Below, piece after piece: positions 1 through 18,162 of a DNA stretch of 64,000 nucleotides (position 1 is the first letter of the stretch; each line of letters opens with the position of its first letter). The DNA lies in NCBI GenBank assembly GCA_963708075.1, contig OY970194.1, positions 7,008,001 through 7,072,000 of the forward strand, in the 5' to 3' direction. Origin of the DNA: Sedimentisphaerales bacterium (GTDB lineage Bacteria; Planctomycetota; Phycisphaerae; Sedimentisphaerales; Anaerobacaceae). The translations under genes and the position numbers were made by a program. The notes below the pieces were generated by a model. That model was not told where the DNA came from. It saw only the letters and a list, made by a program, of their open reading frames with translations, and ran no database searches.

Positions 1-411
1 GGGGCTATTGAGGCCGGCGTGGATGATCTGGTCAAGAAGATCACGGATGGCTGGTCGGATTTCGACGTGGCCATCGCCTCCCCCAAGGTCATGGGCAAAG
101 TCGGCAAGCTCGGGCGGGTCCTCGGCCCTCAGGGCAAGATGCCTTCCCCCAAGAACGGCACGGTGACGGACGATGTCATCACGGCCGTACGGGAGTTTAC
201 AGCCGGCAAGATCGAATTCCGGAATGACCCCGGTGGGAACGTCCACGCGGTTGTCGGCAAGCAGAGCTTCGACAAGAAGAAGCTGGTTGAGAACATCGAT
301 TTCTTCGTCAACCATATCAAGAAGGCCAAGCCGACATCAGCGAAAGGAACCTACATCAAGAAAGCGTGCATATCGGCAACCATGAGTCCCTCCGTCCAGA
401 TCGCTGTTTGA
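1..411 (+). CDS. rplA: 50S ribosomal protein L1 (5' partial)
   Basis: LGRVLGPQGKMPSPKNGTVT and ISATMSPSV motifs; frame open to window start; upstream of rplJ. Confidence 0.97.
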   Translation, partial: GAIEAGVDDLVKKITDGWSDFDVAIASPKVMGKVGKLGRVLGPQGKMPSPKNGTVTDDVITAVREFTAGKIEFRNDPGGNVHAVVGKQSFDKKKLVENIDFFVNHIKKAKPTSAKGTYIKKACISATMSPSVQIAV

Positions 412-487
412 CGGCGGGGCGATTCGACCTTATTCGAGCTTTTTCCTGAACCGATGAGATGACCAATCCGGTTCTACGGGAGAGAAG

Positions 488-1021
488 ATGAGCAAGTACG
501 TAAAAGAGCTGCTTCAGTCTCAATTAGAAAAGAAAGTCCAGGATGAGCAGATTCACGATTTCCTGGTGCTCACGACGAAGGGGGTCGGGGGCGTTGACAA
601 TAACGTGATGCGTGGCGCCCTGAAGGAAAAGGGCATTCGGGTGCTCGTGATCAAGAATTCGCTGTTCCGGCGGGTCCTGCAGAGCCAGAAGATGGAGCCG
701 GCGGCCAACCTGCTCAACGGCCCGTGCGCCATTGCCTACGGCGGGGACAGCATCGTCGATGTCGCCAAGGAGATCCTGGACTGGGTCAAGAAGCTCCCGG
801 TCGTCGAAGTCCGGGGGGCCTTCGTGGAGGGATCTACGTACGACAGCGCCGCGACAACGCAATTGTCCAAGATGCCGACCCGCATCGAGCTGCAGGGCAG
901 GATCGTCAGTTGTATGCGTTCGCCCGGCGGCATGCTGGCCGGCGCGTTCATGGGTCCGGCGGGCGTTATTGCAGGCTGTCTGAAGGCCATCATCGAGAAG
1001 GCTGAGAAACAGGCCGCTTGA
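488..1021 (+). CDS. rplJ: 50S ribosomal protein L10
   Basis: [25 protein letters not shown] motifs; between rplA and rplL. Confidence 0.93.
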   Translation: MSKYVKELLQSQLEKKVQDEQIHDFLVLTTKGVGGVDNNVMRGALKEKGIRVLVIKNSLFRRVLQSQKMEPAANLLNGPCAIAYGGDSIVDVAKEILDWVKKLPVVEVRGAFVEGSTYDSAATTQLSKMPTRIELQGRIVSCMRSPGGMLAGAFMGPAGVIAGCLKAIIEKAEKQAA

Positions 1022-1155
1022 GACGGCACGAGGGTTGTCCCTTCTATCTATTATCAGCGATTACAAACAGCTCATACGGCTGCCCCGAAAGGGTTAAAAC
1101 GGGACGACGGAGTCCTGGCTACCAGAGAGCGATAACTGTATAGGAGTGTATCCAC

Positions 1156-1563
1156 ATGGCAGATGAAACCAGGCAGTGGAATAGTGCGATCAAGGAACTC
1201 GGCGACAAAATCGTTGCGTTGACCTTGATGCAGGCCAAAGAGTTGGCGGATTACCTGAAGGAAGTGTACGGGATCGAGCCGGCGGCCGGCGGCGCCGTGA
1301 TGATGGCGGGCCCGGCGCAGGCAGCGGCTCCGGCCGAAGCGGCGGAGGAAAAGACCACCTTCAACGTCGTCCTCACCGGATTCGGCGAAAAGAAGATCCA
1401 GGTCATCAAGGAAGTGCGAGCCCTGACGGGTCTTGGATTGAAAGAGGCCAAGGACCTGGTGGAAGCCGTTCCGAAGCCGGTGAAGGAAGGCATGAGCAAG
1501 GATGAAGCCGAAGCCGCGAAGAAACAACTGGAAGCCGCAGGAGCCACGGTTGAACTTAAGTAA
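1156..1563 (+). CDS. rplL: 50S ribosomal protein L7/L12
   Basis: [24 protein letters not shown]; Ala-rich hinge; AGGAG SD. Confidence 0.98.
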   Translation: MADETRQWNSAIKELGDKIVALTLMQAKELADYLKEVYGIEPAAGGAVMMAGPAQAAAPAEAAEEKTTFNVVLTGFGEKKIQVIKEVRALTGLGLKEAKDLVEAVPKPVKEGMSKDEAEAAKKQLEAAGATVELK

Positions 1564-1654
1564 ACCTGAGGCGTATCTTCTGAGTATAGAGAATGTGCGC
1601 CAATACGCAAAATCACAGAGGCGAGATCTGATTCCGTTACCAGAGGAGCATTAG

Positions 1655-5412
<3,758 letters not shown>

Positions 5413-5451
5413 ATTTGATTATCGACTTTTGGGATAGTTAGGGGGCTTTCA

Positions 5452-9820
<4,369 letters not shown>

Positions 9821-9850
9821 TTCTATTACTGTTCGAATTGAGATGGGTAT

Positions 9851-10222
9851 ATGCCGACAATCAACCAGTTAGTCAGAAAGCCAAGGGCAAAGTCAAAAAG
9901 GAAGAAACGCGTATCGGACATCAGCGGCTCGCCGCAAAGGCGCGGCGTGTGCCTGATTGTCAGGACCCAGACGCCCAAGAAGCCGAACTCCGCTCTGCGA
10001 AAGGTCGCACGTGTCCGGCTCACCAACGGCAAAGAGGTGACCGCATACATCCCGGGCGTCGACCACAACCTGCAAGAGCATAGCACGGTGCTGATCCGCG
10101 GCGGCCGTGTCAGGGACTTGCCCGGCGTACGCTACCATATCGTTCGTGGCGTGCTGGATTGTGCCGGCGTTGCCAACCGTAAACGAGGCAGGAGTAAGTA
10201 CGGCGCCAAAAAGGCCAAGTAG
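9851..10222 (+). CDS. rpsL: 30S ribosomal protein S12
   Basis: [34 protein letters not shown]. Confidence 0.99.
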   Translation: MPTINQLVRKPRAKSKRKKRVSDISGSPQRRGVCLIVRTQTPKKPNSALRKVARVRLTNGKEVTAYIPGVDHNLQEHSTVLIRGGRVRDLPGVRYHIVRGVLDCAGVANRKRGRSKYGAKKAK

Positions 10223-10272
10223 TCATTCGGCGACATAAATGAGCCGAGAGTTTTGAGGCGATTGAGAGTCTT

Positions 10273-10746
10273 ATGGCCAAAAAGTTCACAGCTTCCACGG
10301 AGCAGTTGGGTCCGGACCCAAAGTACAATAGCAAGCTGGTTTCCAAGTTCATCAACTGCATGATGTGGGCCGGCAAGAAGAACACCGCGCAGAACGTGTT
10401 CTATCAGGCGATGGACATTGTCGCAGGCAAGATCAAGGACGTGCCCCCGCTGGAGGTCTTCGAGACGGCGATCAGCAATGTCAAGCCGATGCTCGAAGTC
10501 CGCAGCAAGCGCGTCGGCGGTGCGAGCTACCAAGTGCCAATGCAGGTGAGTCCGAAGCGCCAGCAGTCGTTGGCTTTCCGCTGGATTCTCCTGTCATCTC
10601 GAGGCAAGAAGGGCAAACCAATGGCGGAGCGTCTGGCCAACGAGTTTGTCGATGCTTACAACAAGCAGGGCGGCGCGATGACTACGCGGGACAACGTGCA
10701 TCGCATGGCCGAGGCCAACAAAGCATTTGCCCACTTTGCGTGGTAG
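10273..10746 (+). CDS. rpsG: 30S ribosomal protein S7
   Basis: EVRSKRVGGASYQVP, HRMAEANKAFAHF. Confidence 0.99.
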   Translation: MAKKFTASTEQLGPDPKYNSKLVSKFINCMMWAGKKNTAQNVFYQAMDIVAGKIKDVPPLEVFETAISNVKPMLEVRSKRVGGASYQVPMQVSPKRQQSLAFRWILLSSRGKKGKPMAERLANEFVDAYNKQGGAMTTRDNVHRMAEANKAFAHFAW

Positions 10747-10760
10747 GAACCTCAGATACT

Positions 10761-10801
10761 ACTGCCACGGTGACCTCTCCGGAGCCCGTGGCAGTTTTTT
10801 T
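10761..10801 (+). terminator. Rho-independent terminator-like hairpin between rpsG and fusA
   Basis: ACTGCCACGG (10761-10770) pairs with CCGTGGCAGT (10786-10795), followed by a T run. Confidence 0.7.
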
Positions 10802-10887
10802 ATGCATGGATAGAATTGGACGGGTGGATCGGAGAGGGGCCCGCAGGCTTTGGGCAGCGCGAGTGGCAGGGCAGAGATGTTCGGAAG

Positions 10888-12960
10888 ATGGCAAGTCTAG
10901 AGAAAACACGTAATATTGGCATTATGGCGCACATTGATGCCGGCAAGACCACCGTCAGTGAGCGTGTCCTTTATTATACGGGCAAGACGTATAAGATGGG
11001 GGAAGTCCACGACGGCACTGCGGTGATGGACTACCTGGAGGAGGAGCAGCGCAGGGGCATTACGATCACTTCGGCCGCAACCAAGTGCCCGTGGAAGGGC
11101 TTCGACGTCAATCTGATCGATACCCCCGGCCACATCGACTTTACCGCCGAGGTGGAGAGGTCGCTGAGGGTCCTTGACGGCGCCATAGCTGTTTTCGACG
11201 CCAGCGAGGGGGTCCAGGCCCAGAGCGAGACCGTCTGGCGACAGGGCCAGAAGTATGGCCTGCCATGCCTGTGCTTCATCAATAAGATGGACAAGGTCGG
11301 CGCCGACTTCGAGATGAGCATTAAAAGCATCCACGACAAACTGCTGGCCAACCCCGTCTGTGTGGAGATTCCCATAGGCGCCGAGGATTCCTTTACCGGG
11401 ATCATCGACCTGATCGCCATGAAGGCGGTCTTTTACGAGACCGAAGTGATGGGCGCCAAGTTCCACGAGGCGGATATCCCCAGTGAACTCGCGGAAAGAG
11501 CTGCAGAGTACCGGGCCGAGATGATCGAGCGCGTGGCCGAGTATGACGACGAGTTGACGGATGCATTCATCCACGATCAGCCCGCAAATGAGCAATCCAT
11601 CCGAAGAGCCCTGCGGAGGGGCACCATGGCGAACCACGTGAACCCGGTTTTCGTCGGCTCGGCCCTGAAGTATGTCGGTATACAGCGGCTTTTGGACGGA
11701 GTGCTGGACTACTTGCCTTCTCCCTTGGAGAGGCCGGCTATTATCGGACATAAGCCGGATGACGAGTCCAAGGAGATTGAGATACACTGTGATCCTGATG
11801 GAAGCCTGGTAGCGCTGGCATTCAAAATCATCGGCGACGTCCACGGCGACTTGTATTTCCTTCGCATTTACCAGGGGATGCTGAAAACGGGCAGCCGGGT
11901 TCTGAACACCAATCGTGACAAGCGCGAGAATATCATGCGTGTCTTCGAGATGCACGCGAATGAGCGGAGAATCCTGGAATCAGCCCAGGCCGGCGATATT
12001 GTGGCGGTAATCGGTCCAAGGTTCACCCTGACGGGCGACACCCTTTCCGACCCGAAGAAACCGGTTGTTCTGCCCAGTATTACGTTTCCTCAGACGGTCA
12101 TTACGATGTCCATCGAGCCGAGAACGGCGGCGGAAAGGGCCAAATTGGCCGATGCGCTCGACGCGTTGCGGCGGGAAGACCCGACATTCGGCTATAAGAG
12201 CGATAAAGAGACCGGCCAGACCATTATCAGCGGCATGGGAGAACTGCACCTTGAGATCCTCCAGCACAAGCTGGTGAAGGAGAAGAAGGTCGATGTGCGG
12301 GTGGGCAAGCCGCGGGTCGCGTACAAGGAAACCATCACCCAGACCGCCCGGGCGGAGGGCAAGTTCGTCCATCAGGCCGGCGGGCGGGGCCAGTATGGCC
12401 ACGCAGTTCTGGAAGTCAAGCCGCTCATAGCGGAAGATGGCCATTGGGAAGCCAGAATCGACTTTACGGCTGATGTCCCTGGCGATCAGGTGCCGCATGA
12501 GTATGTCGGCGCCGTGGAAAGGGGCGTGAAAGAGGCCGCGGGCAACGGCGTGCTGGCGGGGTATCCGGTGATCGGGGTCCAGGTCAGGCTCATTGGCGGG
12601 TCGTACCACTCGGTGGATTCCTCGGATATTGCATTCGAGCAAGCCGGTGCGTTTGCCTTTGAAAGAGCCCTGAAGGAGGCGGGCCCGGTGCTCTTGGAGC
12701 CCGTAATGCGGGTCCAGGCTGTCGTGCCGGATTCGGGTTTTGGTGCCGTTCAAGCGGATTTGCTGGCCCGGCGGGGCGTGATTACGGATTTCCGGGTCCA
12801 TGGCAATATGCGTGTGATAGACGCAAAAGTGCCCCTGGTGGAGCTTTTCGGCTATTCGAGCGATATCCGGAGCCTTACGGCGGGCCGCGGGACCTTCACC
12901 ATGGAGCCCCTGGCCTATGAGAGAGTGCCTGAACAGGTGGCCAGGGAAGTCATCCTGTAG
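10888..12960 (+). CDS. fusA: Elongation factor G
   Basis: [41 protein letters not shown]; start placed at [11 protein letters not shown]. Confidence 0.95.
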   Translation: MASLEKTRNIGIMAHIDAGKTTVSERVLYYTGKTYKMGEVHDGTAVMDYLEEEQRRGITITSAATKCPWKGFDVNLIDTPGHIDFTAEVERSLRVLDGAIAVFDASEGVQAQSETVWRQGQKYGLPCLCFINKMDKVGADFEMSIKSIHDKLLANPVCVEIPIGAEDSFTGIIDLIAMKAVFYETEVMGAKFHEADIPSELAERAAEYRAEMIERVAEYDDELTDAFIHDQPANEQSIRRALRRGTMANHVNPVFVGSALKYVGIQRLLDGVLDYLPSPLERPAIIGHKPDDESKEIEIHCDPDGSLVALAFKIIGDVHGDLYFLRIYQGMLKTGSRVLNTNRDKRENIMRVFEMHANERRILESAQAGDIVAVIGPRFTLTGDTLSDPKKPVVLPSITFPQTVITMSIEPRTAAERAKLADALDALRREDPTFGYKSDKETGQTIISGMGELHLEILQHKLVKEKKVDVRVGKPRVAYKETITQTARAEGKFVHQAGGRGQYGHAVLEVKPLIAEDGHWEARIDFTADVPGDQVPHEYVGAVERGVKEAAGNGVLAGYPVIGVQVRLIGGSYHSVDSSDIAFEQAGAFAFERALKEAGPVLLEPVMRVQAVVPDSGFGAVQADLLARRGVITDFRVHGNMRVIDAKVPLVELFGYSSDIRSLTAGRGTFTMEPLAYERVPEQVAREVIL

Positions 12961-13010
12961 CAAAAGGAAAAATTTTCAGCATTTTTCTCAAATTTCTGGA
13001 TAGGTGGTTG

Positions 13011-13039
13011 TTGACAAGCATTGCCTGTCGTATTAAAGT
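13011..13039 (+). promoter_or_regulatory. Sigma70-type promoter of the S10 operon
   Basis: TTGACA-N17-TAAAGT with an AT-rich upstream tract. Confidence 0.75.
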
Positions 13040-13456
13040 TGAAGTTTTCGGCTGTAGCGAGCATGGCCATGGATGGTTGTGCGATACGTAGTTACGCTGT
13101 GGCATATCTGTGATTGCCATCATGGATGGCGAAATAGGTGCTCTGTTGAATGTCAGGGTTTAGGCAAAGCTGCTGAAAGCTTTGCGAGGTCTCGGATAGA
13201 GCCAACGGACCCTATGCTCTAAGGAAGGCTGTTCAAGCGGTCGGTAACCGCTGAGAAGATCAGCGGCACGCCGGAGTAGTGACGGTGCCTTTCCTGCCCT
13301 TGTTCAAACGAGCGGTTTCGGTGCAGGCCAGAGACCATCTGTCTCGCGCGGAACCGCGATTGTGTATCAATAGCGTCAGATTGTTGAAGCTTGTGCCGGT
13401 GCAGGACCTGTAAGCTCTGTGCCTGAGCACGGAAAGAGGTAGTCCAAAGGGGCATT

Positions 13457-13771
13457 ATGGCTGCCGAAAGCGAAAGAATACGAATCAGGATGGAAGCATA
13501 CGACCATCGAACGCTCGATGCTTCCGCCAAAGAAATCGTTGAGCACGCTCGCAGGACGAATGCACGTGTGAGCGGCCCGGTGCCGTTGCCGACGCGGATT
13601 GAGCGGTACACGGTGTTGCGGAGTCCGCATATCGATAAGAAATCACGCGAGCAGTTCGAGTTGCGTACGCATAAGCGGCTTATCGACATCCATGAGGCGA
13701 ACGCCAGGACAGCCGAAGTGCTGAACCGCCTGGTGGTCCCCGCGGGTGTCTTCGTGAAGATAAAGGCTTAG
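13457..13771 (+). CDS. rpsJ: 30S ribosomal protein S10
   Basis: [33 protein letters not shown]. Confidence 0.99.
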   Translation: MAAESERIRIRMEAYDHRTLDASAKEIVEHARRTNARVSGPVPLPTRIERYTVLRSPHIDKKSREQFELRTHKRLIDIHEANARTAEVLNRLVVPAGVFVKIKA

Positions 13772-13790
13772 TAGCAAAGGACATCCGGTT

Positions 13791-14456
13791 ATGGCGATGT
13801 TGCTTGGAAGAAAAGTGGGCATGACGCGGGTCTACGACGAGGCGGGTCGTATGGTGCCGGTAACGGTCATTCAGGCCGGCCCATGCACCGTCACCCAGGT
13901 CAAGACCAGCCAGACGGATGGCTACAACGCCGTCCAGATGGGTTTCGATGACAAGAAATCGTCGCGGTGCACACAAGCTGAGGTCGGCCAGGCCAAGAAG
14001 GCCAATACGCGTCCGAAGAAGTTTACCCGGGAATGGCGTCTGCCCAAGATGATCGAGCCCAAATACAATCCAGGCGATTCCATCACGGTTTCTGTCTTTG
14101 CGGAAACCAAGCTGGTGGACGTATTGGCCACGAGCAAGGGTAAAGGCTTTCAGGGCCCGATGAAACGCCATGGCTTCAAAGGCTTTCCGGCCTCGCACGG
14201 TACGGAGCGAAAACACCGTGCCCCCGGCTCGATCTGTGCCTTTGCCAATAACTCCGGCATGGGCGGCGCCCTGAAGAAGGGCAAAAAGATGGCCGGCCAG
14301 ATGGGCAACGCCCAAATCACGAGCAAGAACCACGTTCTGGTGTCGGTCGACCAGGAAAACAATCTTTTGGTAGTCAAGGGAACCGTTCCGGGCCCGGCCG
14401 GCCAGTACTGTATCGTGAAAACGGCCAAGAGCCTGGGCACGGCGAGTGGAACCTGA
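13791..14456 (+). CDS. rplC: 50S ribosomal protein L3
   Basis: GRKVGMT, SKGKGFQG, HRAPGSI. Confidence 0.98.
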   Translation: MAMLLGRKVGMTRVYDEAGRMVPVTVIQAGPCTVTQVKTSQTDGYNAVQMGFDDKKSSRCTQAEVGQAKKANTRPKKFTREWRLPKMIEPKYNPGDSITVSVFAETKLVDVLATSKGKGFQGPMKRHGFKGFPASHGTERKHRAPGSICAFANNSGMGGALKKGKKMAGQMGNAQITSKNHVLVSVDQENNLLVVKGTVPGPAGQYCIVKTAKSLGTASGT

Positions 14457-14457
14457 G

Positions 14458-15105
14458 ATGATTGAGTTGACTGTATATAATACCGGTGGACAGCAGGTCG
14501 ATACGATCCGTGTCGATGAATCGGTCTTGGGCGGCTGCATCCGCTACCCCCTGCTCAAGCAGGCGCTGGTGATGTACCACGCGAACAAGCGGGTCGGGAC
14601 CGCGAAGACCAGGAGCAGAGGTGTGGTCGCCGGTTCGACCAGGAAGATCTACCGGCAGAAGGGAACGGGTTACGCCCGGGCCGGCACCCGCAGGACCGGC
14701 AAACGCGTCGGCGGCGGTATGATTTTCGCCAAGGAGCCCCGGGACTTCAGCCAGCGTATGCCCCGCAAGCAGAAAAGGCTCGCGAGGGATTCGGCGGTTC
14801 TGGCCAAGCTGCGCGGCAACAAGGTCGTTGTCGTGGACGCCCTGGCGTTCGAGAAGCCGCGGACGAAGGACTTCGCCGGGATGCTGAAGAATCTCAAGAT
14901 AGATCGAAGCTGCGTGGTCGCGGTCAGCAGCCGTGATGAGAATATCTACAAGTCCGCACGCAACGTGCAGAAGATTGCCGTGCTGGCCGTGGCGGATCTG
15001 AACGCAGGGGATATCCTCAACCACCAGCAGATGCTGTTTACCAAAGACGCACTGGTGGAGTTTATGAACCGGGGACCCGGCGACGCGGGCGAGCAGACTG
15101 CGTAG
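14458..15105 (+). CDS. rplD: 50S ribosomal protein L4
   Basis: RKIYRQKGTGYARAG; S10 operon position. Confidence 0.97.
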   Translation: MIELTVYNTGGQQVDTIRVDESVLGGCIRYPLLKQALVMYHANKRVGTAKTRSRGVVAGSTRKIYRQKGTGYARAGTRRTGKRVGGGMIFAKEPRDFSQRMPRKQKRLARDSAVLAKLRGNKVVVVDALAFEKPRTKDFAGMLKNLKIDRSCVVAVSSRDENIYKSARNVQKIAVLAVADLNAGDILNHQQMLFTKDALVEFMNRGPGDAGEQTA

Positions 15106-15153
15106 AGACGCCGGCCCGGCAAAGTGGAATCTACGTTTTGAATTGAGCTTTCG

Positions 15154-15432
15154 ATGGATAATTTCAGTGTAATAATTCGGCCGCTTATCACGGAACAAGG
15201 CATGCACTTTGCCAATGTCAAAGGCGCGTACTCGTTCCAAGTGCACAAGAAAGCGAACAAGACCGAGATCAAGAACGCTGTAGAGAAGATCTATAGCGTC
15301 AAGGTGGATAAGGTGCATACGGCCAACCACCAGGGCAAGAAGCGACGCAAGGGCAGAACCTTCGGCGTGACCTCAAGCTGGAAGAAGGCCGTGGTGTACC
15401 TGAAGCCGGATTATCACATCGATCTGTTCTAA
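15154..15432 (+). CDS. rplW: 50S ribosomal protein L23
   Basis: ANKTEIKNAVEKIYSVKV, WKKAVV. Confidence 0.97.
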   Translation: MDNFSVIIRPLITEQGMHFANVKGAYSFQVHKKANKTEIKNAVEKIYSVKVDKVHTANHQGKKRRKGRTFGVTSSWKKAVVYLKPDYHIDLF

Positions 15433-15461
15433 TCGGGCGGATCCTGGAAAGAGATAGCAAT

Positions 15462-16313
15462 ATGGGTATTCGAAAGTACAAACCGACAAGCCCCGGACGC
15501 CGAGCAGGCACAGTGAATGACTATGCCGAGCTGACGACGGACAGTCCGGAGAAGAGTCTTTGCATAAGAGTCGGCAAGAACGGCGGAAGGAACCACAGCG
15601 GCAAGACCACCTCGCGGTTTCGCGGCGGCGGCTCCAGGAAGATTTACCGCATCATCGACTTCAAACGCAACAAAGATGGAATGCCCGCCAAAGTGGTGAG
15701 CGTCGAGTACGATCCGAACCGGAGCTGTTATATCTCCCTGCTGGAATACAGCGACGGCGAGAAGCGATACATCCTGACGCCCATGGGCGTTACCGCGGGC
15801 GACGTGCTGGAGAGCGGCGTGTTGTGCGAGCCGAAGCCCGGCAACTGCATGCCCCTGGCGTCCATCCCCACCAGCCTTGAAGTGCACAACGTCGAAATGA
15901 TAGCCGGCCAGGGCGGCAAGCTCGTCCGTGGCGCCGGCAGCTCCGCACGAATCATGGCCAAGGAGGGCGATTGGGTCACCCTCGTGCTGCCAAGCGGCGA
16001 AATGCGCATGGTGCGCAAGGAGTGCCGGGCGACCGTCGGCCGGCTGAGCAATCCTGACCACCAGAACATCAGCATTGGCAAGGCGGGCCGAAAGCGCCAT
16101 TATGGCTGGAGGCCGCACGTCAGAGGCAAGGCCCAGAACCCGGTCGATCATCCGCTGGGCGGCGGCGAAGGCCGATCCAACGGCGGTCGCCATCCCTGCT
16201 CACCGACGGGCGTGCTGGCCAAGGGCGGCAAGACGAGGAACCCGCGAAAGACCAGCAATAACAGAATCATTCGCCGACGAAGAAACAAGCGGAATGGCCA
16301 ATTGGTGCTCTAA
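15462..16313 (+). CDS. rplB: 50S ribosomal protein L2
   Basis: YRIIDFKR, EYDPNRS, NPVDHPLGGGEG. Confidence 0.99.
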   Translation: MGIRKYKPTSPGRRAGTVNDYAELTTDSPEKSLCIRVGKNGGRNHSGKTTSRFRGGGSRKIYRIIDFKRNKDGMPAKVVSVEYDPNRSCYISLLEYSDGEKRYILTPMGVTAGDVLESGVLCEPKPGNCMPLASIPTSLEVHNVEMIAGQGGKLVRGAGSSARIMAKEGDWVTLVLPSGEMRMVRKECRATVGRLSNPDHQNISIGKAGRKRHYGWRPHVRGKAQNPVDHPLGGGEGRSNGGRHPCSPTGVLAKGGKTRNPRKTSNNRIIRRRRNKRNGQLVL

Positions 16314-16382
16314 GGCCCACCCGGCGTATCGGAGAACCAGGAAACGCTCAGATAAACCTGTGGAGTAGAAAAGAGACGCGAA

Positions 16383-16655
16383 ATGGGAAGATCTCTTAAA
16401 AAAGGACCATATGTCGATGAGAAGCTCTTTGCCAAGGTGAATCGGCAAGTGGCTACCGGCACACGCGATCCCATCAAGACCTGGGCGCGAAGGTGCACCA
16501 TCGTTCCGGAGTTCGTCGGCTTCACATTCATGGTCCACAATGGCAAGATGTTTCACAAAGTCTTTGTGACCGAGGATATGGTCGGACACAAGCTGGGTGA
16601 GTTTTCGCTGACGCGGACGTTCAAGGGACATTCGAGCAAGAAGCTCAAGGTGTAG
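16383..16655 (+). CDS. rpsS: 30S ribosomal protein S19
   Basis: [17 protein letters not shown]. Confidence 0.99.
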   Translation: MGRSLKKGPYVDEKLFAKVNRQVATGTRDPIKTWARRCTIVPEFVGFTFMVHNGKMFHKVFVTEDMVGHKLGEFSLTRTFKGHSSKKLKV

Positions 16656-16704
16656 AGCCGCCGGCGGAGTTGAAGGGAAGTCCGCTAAAGACGGGACATG
16701 ATAT

Positions 16705-17253
16705 ATGATTAGCCCTGCAAAATTGAAGAAAGTAGCGAAACGACAACGGGTAACCACGGAAGCCCTGGCGCGCGGGCTGGTCCGTGGCGGGCTCGATATG
16801 AAAGAGGCGACCTCGCGGGTGAAGAACTGGCAGAGAGGTCTGATGCGGCCTCTGCCCCACACGGAAGATGTGCGACGGCTCGCCGAGACGCTGTCGGTCG
16901 AGGCCAACGAGATTGCCGCGTGGCATTCTTCCTATATGTACGCCCCGCAGGCACCTCGCAAAGTGCGGCTGGTGACGCAGTTGATCCAGGGCCGCAATGT
17001 GCAGGAGGCGATGGACCTGCTGAAATTCACGAGAAAGCGTGCCGCCACGATGGTGGATCAGACGCTCAAGGCCGCCATTGCCGATGCGGACGAGCAGCAG
17101 GCCGATGTGGACAACCTGGTTGTCAGCGAGGCGCGCGTCGATGAGGCGGGCATCCGGCTGGGCACGAAGCGGTGGATCCCCAAGGACCGCGGTCGGGCTC
17201 ATCCGCTTCACAAGCTGGCCTGCCACATACACATAACAGTGACACAAAAGTAA
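16705..17253 (+). CDS. rplV: 50S ribosomal protein L22 with a ~70-aa N-terminal HTH-like domain
   Basis: C-terminal ~110 aa carry PRKVRLV, AIADA, PKDRGRA, HIHITV; position between rpsS and rpsC. Confidence 0.93.
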   Translation: MISPAKLKKVAKRQRVTTEALARGLVRGGLDMKEATSRVKNWQRGLMRPLPHTEDVRRLAETLSVEANEIAAWHSSYMYAPQAPRKVRLVTQLIQGRNVQEAMDLLKFTRKRAATMVDQTLKAAIADADEQQADVDNLVVSEARVDEAGIRLGTKRWIPKDRGRAHPLHKLACHIHITVTQK

Positions 17254-17289
17254 AGAGGACAACGAGAGTCGTACTGAGATACCTGAACT

Positions 17290-18120
17290 ATGGGTCAGAA
17301 AACACAACCGATAGGCTTTAGAACAGGAATCACGCTGGGCTGGCAGAGCACGTGGTTTGCTCCGAAGAACAGCTACGGCGACTTCCTCGTCGAGGACCAG
17401 AAAATCCGGGGCTACATTGACCGGCGATTCAACCGCCAGATGCCCAAGGGGGCTGTGGCCAAGGTCGAGATCATTCGCACTCGCAACGAGGTGAATGTGA
17501 CCATGCACAGCGGGCGGCCGGGCGTGGTGATCGGTCCGCGAGGCGGCGAGGTCGACAAGGTCCGCGAGGAACTGGAAGCTCTGACCGGCCGCAAGGTCAC
17601 GGTGAACGTTATTGAGATCAAGGAGCCGGACCTCAACGCCGCGTTGGTGGCGGAGGGCGTTGCCGAGCAACTGTCCAAGCGTGCCTCGTTCCGACGCACG
17701 ATGAAGCAGTTCTGCGAGGCGGGGATGAACGCTGGAGCCAAAGGTGTGAAAATCATGACCAGCGGGCGCCTGGCCGGAGCTGAAATGGCCCGGCAGGAGA
17801 CCCAGAAGCTGGGAAGCATTCCACTGCACACGCTGGATGCCGACGTCGATTATGCGACGGCGACAGCCCGAACGACGTACGGCGCGATCGGTGTCAAGGT
17901 GTGGATCTATAAGGGCAAGTTTGGGGAGGAGATCGAGCGAGTGGAGCGAAAGCAAAGGCGTCGCCCGACGCGGGGCAGGCCGTACGGTCCTTCAGGTGGA
18001 CCGGGCTATGACGACCGCGGCGTGCCGGAACAGGCCGCGGTTGCTCCTGCAACGCCCCAGGGGCCGCCTGACAGGGGTCCAACCCCGGAGCCAACTCCCG
18101 GAGCCCAAGGGCAGGCATGA
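17290..18120 (+). CDS. rpsC: 30S ribosomal protein S3 with Pro/Gly-rich C-terminal tail
   Basis: MGQKTQPIGFR, SGRLAGAEMAR, GVKVWIYKG. Confidence 0.99.
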   Translation: MGQKTQPIGFRTGITLGWQSTWFAPKNSYGDFLVEDQKIRGYIDRRFNRQMPKGAVAKVEIIRTRNEVNVTMHSGRPGVVIGPRGGEVDKVREELEALTGRKVTVNVIEIKEPDLNAALVAEGVAEQLSKRASFRRTMKQFCEAGMNAGAKGVKIMTSGRLAGAEMARQETQKLGSIPLHTLDADVDYATATARTTYGAIGVKVWIYKGKFGEEIERVERKQRRRPTRGRPYGPSGGPGYDDRGVPEQAAVAPATPQGPPDRGPTPEPTPGAQGQA

Positions 18121-18162
18121 AGTGCCGGGCAAGTGGGAATCATAAGATAGAGGTCTGAACCT

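Noticed and set aside
1022..1155. Small hairpins in the rplJ-rplL spacer (CCC-GAAA-GGG, GGGAC/GTCCT)
   Set aside because: Stems are too short to distinguish from chance without comparative data.
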